A stretch of DNA of 64,000 bases. It comes from Azolla caroliniana. Taxonomy: Eukaryota > Plantae > Polypodiophyta. The notes under the pieces were generated by a model. The model made no database searches. It worked only from the letters and a program-made list of their open reading frames with translations, and was not told the DNA's origin. How positions within the stretch are numbered: the first letter of the stretch is position 1; each line of letters opens with the position of its first letter. Location: the NCBI GenBank assembly GCA_043228905.1, contig JBHGNT010000015.1:10478001-10542000 (forward strand), given 5' to 3'. The translations under genes and the position numbers were made by a program. Positions 46,901 to 60,100 of this stretch are shown piece by piece.

Positions 46901-49900
46901 TGATGGTCAAATATATAAGGCTTCCGACAATTTGTCGGAACCGTTTCTCATCGCAGGCCGGTCCGGAGTTGGGACATAGCTTCTGTTTCCGGTCCAAGGG
47001 TGTAGAGATAGGTCGGCATTCTGTCATGCCAAACTTGTACAACATATTCAACACATAGTGTCTTTGTGAGAGCAATATGCTGTCGGGGGTTCAGATCACC
47101 TCGATCCCAAGGAAATAGTGAAGGTCCCCCAGGTCCTTCATCTCAAATGCGTCCGACAACTAGGACTTGACTCGGCTGATTTCATCGAGTCCGGGTCTGG
47201 TGATGACTAGATCATCAACATACAACAAGATACAAACCGGACCGTCCGGACCTTGCCGGATGAACAGTGAAGAGTCGGATTTGGAGACCACAAACCCCAT
47301 CTTACGCAACCGGTGTGTGATCTTCGCATTCCAAGCTCGGGAGGCTTGCTTGAAGCCATAAAGTGACTTCTTCAACCGGCATACCGCCAACTTGATCATC
47401 TCTGTCTGGAAATCGGGAGGCTGGGTCATAAAGACCTCTTCTTCTAGATCGCCTTGAAGAAATGCATTCTTCACGTCCATCTGGTGAAGATGCCACTCCC
47501 TTGCCACAACAACCGCCAGCACCACACGAACTGTCGTCATCTTTGCTACTGAAGCGAAGGTCTCGTCGTGGTCGATTCCGTGGGTCTGGGTGTATCCCTT
47601 CGCCATTAACCGGGCCTTGTACCGGTTAACTGAACCAGGCATTGTACTTTACCTTGTACACCCACTTGCATACGATCGGTTTATAGTGACGGGGAGGGTC
47701 AACCAGGTCCCATGTCTCGTTGGCATCAAGTGCCCGCATCTCTTCTTCCATAGCGGCACGCCAATGTGCGTCCTTTGCTGCTTCTGCGTAGCTCTCCGGC
47801 TCACGCACTTCCGCCACCTTGGTCATGTACGCATAGTGATGCGCCATGTACTCATTGTACCTGTACCGCTTAACAGGTTCCTTTTGGCGGGTTGACCGGT
47901 GTAACCCACCGTTACCCGGTTTGAGGCCCTTCTTGGCCGGTTCGGTCTTCAGTGCCGAAGAACCGTCATTTTCCTTTCTAGAGTCGGATCCGCTCTGACC
48001 TGACTCATCATTACCAGTTTCATAATCCGGCATCTTCTTCTTCCCTTTCTCTTTGCGCGTGAGTCGTCTCCTCGATTCCTTGCGCGGGGAGAGCACGACA
48101 GAGTCTTCAGTACCCACCGGTTCCTCTTCTAATTGGTCGAATTGACCCAGTCTCTCATTCGGCCCACTCAACCGAAAGGATTTCGGACTCTCTTCTTGAG
48201 TCCCGGATTCATCATCTTCTATTTGGACCGGTTCAGGCTCACTAGCCTCATCCTACGGTATTAGGTCGAGGTCAGAAGTCAGAGCTGGTAAGGCATACCA
48301 TGATGCCGTCTCATCAAACTCAACATCGCGGCTAACTCAGACCTGCTTCGTCCGGGGGTTATAACACTTATACCTCTTTTGCTCATGTGAGTAGCCGACG
48401 AGGATGCACTTCTCCGATTTTGCATCCAGCTTCCTCCACTTCTCTTCCGGCACATGCACATATGTTATGCTGCCAAAAATCTGAAGGTGTCTCAAATTCG
48501 GCTTGCGCCCGAAGTACAACTCATGCGCAGACACCTTGTCACCGATCCGGTTTTGGATGTAGACGGTCGTTCGGACCGCCTCCACCTAGTAGAAGTGGGG
48601 CATGCTCTTCTCTTCCAGCATTGCCCTTGCCGCGTCGACAAGTGACCGGTTCTTCCTTTCGGCCACACCATTTTGCTCCAGTGTGTATCTGCAAATGAAC
48701 TCTCTCTGAATTCCTATTTGCTACAGATAACTGTTGAATTGGCCGGAAAAATATTCTTTCCGCCATCTGACCACGGGCACTTGATCTTCCTCTCCGATTC
48801 CCGTTCCACCATGCTTTGGAGGTTCCGGAAACAGTCGAAGACTTCGCTCTTCCTCTCAATGAGGTAGATCCATGTGTGTCAGCTATAGTCGTTGATGAAG
48901 GAGACGAAGTATCGACTCCCGCCAAGACTCACGTTTTGTGCCAGTCCCCATAGTACATCCGAATGAATAAGGTCAAGCTTGTTACGGCTACGGTTTCGTT
49001 CGATGGGGAATGGAAGCCGGTGTTGCTTCCCGAGTTGGCAGGCTTCACATACTTGGGCCTTCCGGCCACTAAACTTCGGCAAACTGAAAACAACTTGTTT
49101 CGTTTGCAAGTCTTGAAGCCTCCGGTAATTGACGTGGTCGATCCGTTTGTGCCAGAGGTCGATGTCTGATTCGACCTTCTGTCCTTTGGCGAACAAGGCG
49201 GTGCCGACGTCATTGGTGTCGAGGATGAACATCCTCCCATCTCTACGCCCTTGCGCGATAATCTGGCCTGGCCCTCTTCCTCGATGAAGCACCCGAGGTG
49301 CGTAAACTGCACCTGCATTCCCTAGTCCACGATCTGTCCGACTGACACTAGGTTCTTCGTGATAGTTGGAACGTGTTATACGTTCATCAGCTTCCCCCTC
49401 TGTCCAACATGGCTCAAAGGGACTTCTCCGATATGCACGATTGGGTGTGGAGTGTCGTCTCCGGTTTCGACAACTCCTGGTTGTTCCAGTTTCTCCAAGA
49501 AGGAGAACCACTCTTTATGGCTCGTCATGTGGTTCGACGCACCGGAATCAACGTACCACACTTCCTTTGATTTGGAAGTGGTCTTCTTCATCGAGTAAGC
49601 CTCGTGTTTCATCACCAAGGTTGGCCCTTTACCGGCTTTTCCGGTTTTGGATCCTTCTGTGTAGTGCGAGTATTGCCAGTTCTTTCTGCCAGATCTGGAT
49701 TTGTCCGAATCGGCGCACTTCTTCCAGCACTCGCTTTCTCTATGGCCCTTTTTACCACAGTACCAACATTCCGTGGCGGATTTGTCTTGCCGGCTTCCGG
49801 CGCCGCCTTGACTCCCCCTGGTTGTGGAGGTCCCAGAACTGCTGTCGGCACGATCTCTGTGCCATCAATCTTGCCCTTGTCGGCCACCTCCATTGCATGC

Positions 49901-52900
49901 CGACCCGCCTCGTCCCACGGGGCCGATCCGCCTCTGTATACAACATCCGGTTGTCAGTGGGTGCACTTGTTGACGCACCGACGTGGTTCTCCTCTACAAG
50001 GAGCATCGACTGTAAGTCGAAAAATGATGGTGTATTCTCCCTCGTACATATTGCTATCCGAAAAGCTCGGAATTTAGACATCAGGCCTCCAAGACAAACC
50101 TGTACCATCTCCTCTTCCTCTACTGTGACATTGATAGAGGCAAGCGAGTCACAGGTCTCTTTGATTCGGGCCGTGTAATCAGCCACCGACATGTCCTTCT
50201 GTCGGACATTGCTCAACTCCTGTCGGAGTTGCAGCTTCGGGGTTGTAGTGCTTGTGGTGAACACCTTCTTCAGGTTTCTGCAAGCCTCTTTCGGCGTCTT
50301 GGCATCTCGGATGTGGCTCAGCAACTGGTCTCCGACACTAGACGCAAGCAGTACATCACTCTACTTGTTGATTGTTCCCACACCAGGAAGTCCTTGTGTG
50401 CCACATCAGGTGTTGTGTCGTTAGCTCCGTCGACATAGCTCCAGTAACCATGCCCAAGCAGGTACTGGTGCATCTTGTATGACCAAGATGCGTAGTTGGA
50501 TCTATCGAGCTTCTCCACCGGAAGCGAACTAGCCATTCCTCTATCTATTTTATTTTATTTTTGTTCTTTACAAAGGTTAGGTTTTCTTCTTGCGAAAGCG
50601 AATGTCGGCTGCAAAGGTTCTCAACCCTCGCGCTCTGATACCATGTAGAACAAATAGCGTGCGGAAGCAATAGAAAACAGAAAACAGAGAACAGGTTTAA
50701 TGGAGAGCTTAACAGTACGCGGGAGAGACAAAGAGAGAGAGAGCACAGAGAAACCTAATTCAAAAAATACTACTCAATCTGTACACAGTCTATGTTCAGT
50801 GAACACTTTTATACAAGTCCATATGGATTGACAGAAGTACAGTGTACTTCAATGCTCACACGAGCGTCTGACACTAACTACGAGATATTAAATCCCTAGT
50901 AGACTAGCTTTTACTTGGCCTCTGGTTACTGCTTGATCCAGCTCACCGGCTCACTTACTCACCGGCTCACTGATCCGGCTCATCCTTCTGGATGCCAATT
51001 CGGCTCAGGCTTATTCAGTCGATCCGGATCCGGTTGAGCTTGCCTCTCAACAGAAAGGAATGTCGGCGATCGCAACGAGTGAAGAAGAACTGTTGCTCAT
51101 CACCAAGGAGAATGAGTTAAACCTTGTCGGTGACAAGACAACATGGGTTGTCGATTCTGGAGCATCGTTCCACCGAACACCGGACCGGAAATGCTTCTCA
51201 TCCTACACAGTCAAAGATCTCGGTTGTGTCCGGATGGGGAATGAAGGTACATGCCGAATTGTCGACATAGGAGATGTGTTGTTGACGACATCAACCGGAT
51301 GCAAGTTGCTATTGAAGGATGTCTAACACGTTGCGGAGGTTCGGTTGAACCTGATATCAACCGGTCGACTAGATGATGAAGGCTACACGGGTAGCATCCG
51401 GAAGGGAGTCATGAAATTCAGCAAAGAAATCCTAATAGTGGCTAGAGCCCAGAAGATCAACACCCTGTAGCTGATGCATGCCCGGATATGCCGGGAAGAA
51501 GTAAACGTAGCATCCAACACTGCCGGTGAGCTGTGGCATAAGAGACTGTGCCATACAAGCCAGAAGGGGATGAAAAGACTTGCTGAATATAACCTCATTC
51601 CGGAGGTGAAACACGTGCATCTTGAGAAGTGCACTGATTGCTTGGCCGGCAAGCAAAACCAAACCTCCTTCCGGTCAAGACCCCCGATGAGACGAAATGC
51701 ACCACCGGATCTGGTGCATACCGATGCGTGTCAAGTGGACACGAAGTCACATGCCGGATTGTAGTACTTCGTGACGTTCATAGACGACCACAGCCAGAAG
51801 TTGTGGGTCTCATTGTTGAAGACGAAGGACCCGGTACTCTCCATCTTCAAGGACTTCCACGTGAGAGTAGAAAGGGAAACCGGTTGGAAACTAAAGGCGG
51901 TTTGAGCAGATAACGGAGGCGAATGACGGGGGTAGTTCGAGGAGTACTGCCGGTCGAAGGGGATCCGGCTCGAATTCATTGTGCTAAAGACGTCAGAACT
52001 AAATGGACTGGCTAAACGGATGAACCGAACCATAATGGAGAGATTTGAAGAATGCTAGCACATGCAAAGTTCTCCAAGACGTTCTAGGCTGAGGCGTTGA
52101 TGACGACAACGTACGTGATTAACATATCACCTTCAGCACCCTTGGAAGGAGACACACCACAGAGAGTATGAACCGGTAAAGACGTGTCTTATCGGCATTT
52201 GAAGGTGTTCGGGTGTCTCGCCTATGTGCATGTTGCAGAGGACAAGAGAGCAAAGTTGGATCCGAACTCCCGGCCATGTATATTCCTTAGATACAATGAT
52301 GATGAATTCGGCTACTGAGTGTGGGACTTGGTTGACAAGAAGGTGTTCCGTAGTTAAGACATAGTCTTCATGGAACACAAGACTATTGCCGACTGGGAGT
52401 CAGAGAAGAAGATAGCAGACTCCAGATTGACTAACAGAGATCAATCGAAAGACACAAGGACTCATCAGGCCGGAAGTCGGACGACACTCGAAGAACCGGT
52501 CGGAGTCGGACAAGAGACCGAACCGATCGAAGAAGAAGAACCGGACACCAGAACCGGACAAGACCCCGCATCGGATACGGATGAAGAACAAACGGAGGAA
52601 CCGGCCTGGACATCCCAATCATCTGGACGAATGGAGCGAAGAATGCCTTAGACTCTACAAACAAGAAGCTCCGTCGCTCCACCCGAGAGAAAAACCCGGT
52701 TAGCCGATTCGGCTACGATGAGTATATGGCATACCACTATGCCTTTATGATGAAGGTGGCGATTGTCCGAGAACTAAAAACCTTTTCCGAGACAGCCAAG
52801 GATCCGCAATGGATCAAAGTTGTTACTCTTGGGCTGGACTAGCCGCTAACACAAGGTGTCCTTTCGGATCACTTCACCAAAGGGGTGGTTATGGGGTAAG

Positions 52901-54566
52901 GATCCGACTCCGATTTGATCGTAACCGGCACTTCCGGATCGATTCCAAATAGACAATCACATATGGTTGATTACACGCGTAAGATAAAGAGAATAAGCAC
53001 AACACGGAATTGACAGATACACAATAGCAACAAAACTCTCTTATATTAATTCCGCCCCCATATACATCATTCTTCAGATCCTTTTATAGGTATCCGGTTC
53101 TGTTTACAAAACGGTGCCAAACGTGTCTTATCGGCATCTAAAGGTGTTCGGGTGTCTCGCCTATGTGCATGTTGCAAAGGACGAGAGGAAAGTTGGATCC
53201 GAAGTCCCGGCCATGCATATTCATTGGATAGGGTGATGATGAATCCGGCTACCGAGTGTGGGATTTGGTCGACAAGAAGGTGTTCCATAGTCGAGACATA
53301 GTCTTCATGGAACACAAGATTATAGAAGACGATAGCGGAATCCGGATTGACCAACAGAGATCGGTCGAAAGACACAAGAACTCATCCGGCCGGAAGCCGG
53401 ACAATGCTCGAAGAACCGGCCGGAGTCGGACAAGAGACCGAACCGATCGAAGAAGAAGAAGATTAGGACACCGGAACCGGAGAAGATCCTGAATCAAATT
53501 CGGATGAAGAACAAACGGAGGAACCGGTAGTCGAGAACCAAGGAAGAAGATATCCTCTCAGAGAGACAAGAGCCCCCCGAAGATTTTCGGATGCAGAGCA
53601 TGTGTTGCTAACCGATGAAGGGGAGCCGGGAAGCTTCGAAGAAGCAAAGAAAGACACCCACAGCCACAAGTGGTTGAGTGCCATGCAGGACGAGATGGAT
53701 TTCCTGCATGAGAACCACGCATATGAACTGACGAAGTTGCCGAAAGGAAAGAGGGCACTCCAGGACAAGTGAGTGTAAAAGCCGAAACCGAGAGACGCCG
53801 AAAATCCACCGAGGTACAAGACTCGGTTCGTGGTGAAGGGTTTTCAATAGAAGAAAGGAGTGGATTTTAACAAGATCTTTGCCCCAGTAGTTAAGAAGAG
53901 ATCTTTGCCCCGGTAGTTAAGAAAAGCCTATACGGACTAAAGTAAGCTCCCTAGCAATGGTACCGGAAGTTTGACTCCTTCATGACCGACCAAGCGTACC
54001 ACAAGACCCAAGCTAACCACTGCATATTCGTGAAGAATTTCGACGGAGGAGACTTCCTGATACTCCTGCTATATGTGGATGACATGCTGATTGTCAAACC
54101 AGAACAAACCAAAATCGGAAATATGAAGAAGGCCTTGAATCGAACCTTCTCAATGAAGATTTGGGTCCAGCAAATCTGCAAATCTGTTTTCTGGTGTGCC
54201 TATAAAGGCTATATTTGTAAATAGTCTTAAAGTCATATAAGTATAAATATGATTTAGGTCAATCACTCTTATGAGTTGTGGTTGTTAGTTATTATCATTT
54301 TGTTGTATATATAGAGAGAGTTTTCTGATGTAACCGTCGGTTGACGAAGACATAGAGCTCGAGGTCGTTGCCTCTGAGTCTCCTATTGTACCCCCTCTTC
54401 TTGTAGTGATAGTTGGAGACTGTGGGCTCCCGTGGTTTTGCCCAATTAGGGGTTTCCACGTAAACATCCCGTGTCATCTCTTCTGCGTAAGCATACGAAC
54501 CTCCATTTCTATTTTGTTCTTTCATAGAGTGTAAGGCTCGATTGTGGCAAAGCTCCATTCTTCACA
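44000..54566 (+). mobile_element. Degenerate Ty1/copia element hosting a nested copia; RT end and RNase H deleted
   Basis: LTR repeats 44000-44402 and 54171-54566 (5' starts unresolved). PBS TGGTATCAAAGC at 44406. Gag with CFYCGKSGH, protease WVVDSGAS (51060-51326), integrase, RT with LLLYVDDML. Confidence 0.85.
45272..51052 (-). mobile_element. Full-length Ty1/copia element with frameshifted gag-pol
   Basis: LTRs 45272-45653 and 50644-51052 (TG...CA). TSD GAAAG on both sides. PBS at 50632-50643; PPT at 45654. Order gag, PR (WYVDSGAS), IN, RT (LLYVDDL), RNase H. Confidence 0.95.
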
Positions 54567-57184
54567 CCCTAGACTTGTTGGTATTTAAACCAACTCTTTG
54601 TAACTTAGTTACTATTGGATGTAATCTATCTTTTTATGAATATAGCTTCTTGCTCAAGCTCTCTCTCTGTCTTGCCTTATGTGCACTCAAACACCCACGC
54701 ATAGCTCACTTCCATTGCACAACACCATCTACGTCTCTCCTTATTAACATGGTATTAGAGCGTGTGATTGTTTGATCAATCTCGCTCAACTGTGTTGTGA
54801 TCACAACACCGACGATCAACAGAACCGATTCAAGCAACAGAGAAAGAAATTGCCATAATGAATACTCAAATGGGAAGCGCTCTTCCTATGAAGAAGCTCG
54901 ATAGGACAAACTTTGCATCTTGGGAATACAAGATGCATCAATACCTTGTAGGACAAGGTTACTAGAGCGATATCTAAGGAGCTCATGAAACGCAACCCAA
55001 CCCAACACGTTGACTACCCAGCGTGGGAGCAAGCCGTGTATTGTATTGCCTTGCAATATACGTACATGATCACATGCTCGGCTATATTCGAGAATCGAAA
55101 AAGCCGAAAGAAGCTTGGGGCAATCTCAAGAAGATCTTTGCGGTCAATACAAATGCACGAAAGCTCCAACTCCGATAGGAGTTGAATAACATGCAATAGA
55201 GGGATATGTCGATCACCAACTATACCTTGAAGATCAAGGAGCTATGTGACACCCTCGAATCGATCAACGTCATCATCGATGATGACGAGATGGTGCAAAT
55301 ATGCCTCGGCGGCTTGGCACCTCGATTCAGCACGATTAGATCGGCCATTCTAGCAAGGGAGAATCCACCTTCCTTTTTCGACCTTCAGTCGATACTATTG
55401 GTGGAGGAAAATCATGCCAAACAAAGGAGCAATGCACCAGATGGTCAAATGCTCTACTCCCAGTCGGATGATAGAAGAGGACTCAGCCGAGGAAATAGAG
55501 GTCGATTTTACTGAGAATGACATAGTCAGCCGACCCGAGAATGCAACTCCTACCAATGGCAAGATGGTAGGAGCAATCCTAAAGAGTTCGGCAAAAAGGG
55601 GATCCATCCTGCCATACCGAGCCATCACAATAACCTGATTGAATGCGGGTACTATGGAAAACTTGGACACTATGAAGAGGAGTTCCAAAAGAAGCGACGA
55701 GAATCGGCCTCGACTAGTCGACAACTCACTAACTATGCTTCGAATTCCGACTACGACGATCGTGGCGGAATGTTCATGATGAGGCACAACGAACATTCAA
55801 TGTCGACACAAGGTGAGACAAGAACCTCTCCTTCAGATAATGTATGGTTTGTCGACTCGGGAGCATCCAATCATATGACGTCCCACGAAGATTGGTTCCG
55901 AGAATTACGAAAGCCCGATCGGCCTGGCTATATCAAAACAGGAGATGACACAACTCACTTGATTTGGCAGATCGAAAATGTCCCATTCGGGAACTATGGC
56001 AAACAAACTTACCTCAAAAATGTCTTGCATATCCCAACCATCACGAAAAATCGGTCGGCCAGATAGTAGAAGAAGGCATGCAAGTGTGGTTCAATAATGA
56101 AGGGTGCTTCATTGAAAAAGACGATCAAATCATAGCGCATGGTCGTCGAGAAGGCCAAATGTTCATCCTCAAGTCTCGAGTCGAGCGATGTGAAGTCTAC
56201 CATGTTCGCAAACACCATCAAAGTCGAACCGACTTGAAACTATGGCACAAGCGAAACGGCCACATTAATCTCCAAAATCTTAAAAGGATGCAGTCGAAAG
56301 GAGTCATAATCGGACTTCCAACATTTACCAAGAAGGAGATTACGGGTGTATGTGAAGCCTGCCAATTCGGCAAACAACACCGACAACCATTCCCAAAAGA
56401 AGGTAATGTGAGCAAAGGGATCCTAGATGTCATACATTTAGATCTATGGGGACCAATACATACTATGTCACGTTTATCGACGACTTCTGAAGGTAGGTCT
56501 GGATCTATCCGATGCGACAAAAAAGTGAAAGGTTTAAAAACGAAGTTGAAAAAGGCATAAGTTGACATGTCTGATGCCTTCCATCCGATGGAGAAAAGGA
56601 GTATTTCTCGGACAATTTTACGGTGAACCTCCGAAAGGAAGGAATTCGACGAGAATTCTCATGCCGACACACACCTCAGCAAAACGGAATAGCCAAAAGA
56701 AAGAATCGGCACATAATAGAGGTGGCAAGGGCCATGATGAATGAGAAGAACCTACCGAAATTGTATTGGGCAGAAGCGGCTTACACAATCGTCTATCTCA
56801 TGAACAAATGTACAACCTCTGGGGTACACGACGTAACCCCTCATGAGAAGTTCTTCGGAAAGAAGCCGGATCTATCACATATCTGGATATTCGGCTCGAT
56901 CACATACGTGCATATTCCCGAGGAGAAGCGACAAAAGCTCGACCCAAAGTCAGAGAAATGTATCCTCATAGGGTACTCACTCGAACAACAGGGGTACAAA
57001 TGTTACAATCCTTCTACCCAAAAAGTTCGAGTAAATCGAGACGTCATTTTCAACTAGTCAGCATCCTGGTATGACCTAGAGACGACTCTGATTTTGACTC
57101 TAGCCGACCCGGAATCGGTTGAAGATGAATTTCGACTCGAACACATGTTTGAAGAAAGTATGATTACGGCATGGCTTAGTGGAC

Positions 57185-60100
57185 TGTTGGGGACAAGGCC
57201 GTCAATGTGGAAGTGCAAGCAACATTCGTGATGAAGAAGAACTTGTGTATGCACATAAAACAAAATAGACACACAAAGAAAGAGAGAGAGAGAGGGAGAG
57301 GCACAAACCAATGTTATATTCCAATAGCAACAGTTACAAAGAATGACAACCAACCTTAACTAAAGGTTACAAAGTCACTTTATATGGTGACTATCTTAGG
57401 GTCACTTTATATATGTTATTTACAGAAATAGCCCAAACTTGGGTTGTCCAAAGGGACAGTGTGAATACAGCCATTATACACTCGTATTTGACACTCCCCC
57501 GTAATGGGCGTATACATGGGTTATCTAAAAAATTACAGGTATATACAAGGTTTATCAGACAGATTGGTTTTGTTAGAGTCGGCAAGATCTGAAGACAAAA
57601 GACCGAACCGGTCGGGTCGGAAGAGCTGAAGCCGATCCTCAAAGAACCGATGTCGGTGGTCAGAAACCATCCTGTGTTGTGTGTCTGACTTTAACCAGAA
57701 TAATTTTTCGTTACACCCATCTGGTGCCGAAGGGACCGGAAACGATCCGTCGAAAGACACTTGGTCATTCCATCTGCGACATTATCGGTTGTGGATATCT
57801 TCTCTAGACCGATTTTCCCTAAAATGACGCAGTCCCGAACGAAGTGATATCGAACGTAGATATGCTTGGAGGCGTTGTGGTGAACCAGATTCTTTGACAA
57901 AGCAACAACACCCTGATTGTTGCTGTAGACAATTGGAGCCGAGTCGGAGTCGACTTGTCGAAACGTGTGCGCCAGCCAACCGAGCCACAAGGCTTCTTTT
58001 GCCACGTCGGACGCAGCTACATATTCTACTTCGGTCGTTGAGGTGGTTGTGCACTCCTAGAGTTTCGACTTCCACGAGATTGCTCCATTGTTGAATTTGA
58101 AGCAATATCTGGTTGTTGATTTCCGACTGTCCACGTAGTTGGCGAAGTCCAAGTCAGTGTAACCGACTACGCCTGGGGTTGAGTTCGGGCCAAAAAGAAT
58201 GACGTGGTCTTTTGTGCCAACTAGATATCGGAACACATCCTTGACTGTGTTCCAGTGTGATCGGCCTGGGTTGTGCATGAATCTGTTGATGACTCCTACG
58301 GCGTGAGAAATATCAGGCCATGTCGCGACCATCGCGTACATAAGGGAGCCGACTGTCGGTGCACACGGTACCGACTTCATATCTTCCCCCTCCGGACTGG
58401 ATGTCGGGCAGTCTCGCTAAGTCAGCCGAAGGTTAATGGGGAGTGGGGTCGAAGCAGACTTGGCCAAGTGCATGTTGAAGCGTTCAAAGACACGTCTGAT
58501 GTAGTCAGTTTGAGACAAGAAAAGTTGTCGTTTATCGCGATGTCGACTAATCTTCATACCAAGTATGTGTCTTGCCAGACCGAGGTCCTTCATGGCAAAC
58601 TTCAACCACAGTCTCCGAACGAGTCCGGTGAGCTCGCCGGCATATCGACCGGAGAGTAGCATGTCGTCCACGTAAATGATGAGGAAGACGGGAGACCCGT
58701 CTTGAGTTGTTTTGGTGAAGAGACAGTGGTCCTCATCGCTCTTGGAGAAGCCAACTGACTAGATGAAGTCGTCGAACTTCTTGTACCACTGTCGGGGTGC
58801 CTGTTTCAGGCCGTATAGACTCTTCCTGAGTCGGCAGACTAGATGTTCCTAACCGGATGCCACAAAGCCTTTCGGTTGCTCCATATAGATTTCCTCCTGT
58901 AGGTCACCGTAGAGGAATGTCGCTTTTACATCTAGCTGAACCAGCTCCAAGTTGTCAGCGCCCACGACGCTGAGCATCAAACAAAGGGTTGTCATTTTCA
59001 CCACTGGTGAAAAGATTTCGTCGAAGTCAACGCCATATTCTTGTCAAAATCCCGTCGCAACTAATCTGGCCTTGTACTTTGGGGTGGTCGAGTCAGACGT
59101 CTCTTTTAGTCGATAGACCCATTTACATGGAAGAGCACGTCGATTCGTCGGTAATTCGACCAAGTCCCAAGTCTTGTTTGCCCGAATGGAGTGCATTTCC
59201 AACTCCATCGCCAGATGCCATGTGGCTAAATCGGCAGATGTTGATGCTCCTTCGTAAGATGTTGGTTCGCCAGCGTCGGTAAAGAAAATTCCGGGAGAGC
59301 ACCTCTCCGAAGGTTGCGACAGTCTCTCGGATCTACGAGGTATGACTGGACTAGTTGCACCAGGTGTTGATGTCGGATGGTTGGGAGCCGAGCCATTCAA
59401 CTGTGCCGAATCGGTGGATTCGGTGCGAGAGTTGTGGGTTACCCGTGAAACCGATCTCATGTTGTGGGTTGGGTTGTCATGAAGGGTTGGCACTTCGGAA
59501 AATATTACCCTTCGGACTTCAATAGGCTTTTCGGCCGTTTTATGCATAGCCGACTCGTTGAACACGACGTCCGAACTTTGGACGATTTGTCTATGCTCGG
59601 GGTCCCAGAGTCGGTATCTGATCTCGCCATCAGATCCATATCCAAGAGGTCTACTTGGGGACATATTTATTATGTGTACTACCCTAAGTAGAGCCTCCGC
59701 CCAAAAGCCATCCGACAGTCCAGAGTGTTGGAGCATGGATACTATGCGTTCTTGAATCGTCTGATTCAGCGTTTAGCAATTCCATTCTGCTCCGGACTAT
59801 AGGGTGCCGTATATTCACGTCGAATGCCGCGATCCCGACAAAATTTGACGAATTCTTCAGATTTGAATTCCCCTCTGTTGTCGGTTCGGAGACATTTCAG
59901 TTTCCGACCGGTCTGATTTTTTACCATTGCAAACCATTTAGAGAAGATCGAGAACACCCGATCTTTGGTTCTGATGGGGTAAGCCCACACCTTCCGAGTC
60001 GAGTCGTCAATAAAACTGACGAAGTACGAAGCACCATCAAGAGACTGATGTGGCATCGGGCCACAGACGTCTGAATGGACCAAATCGAGGGGACTCGATT

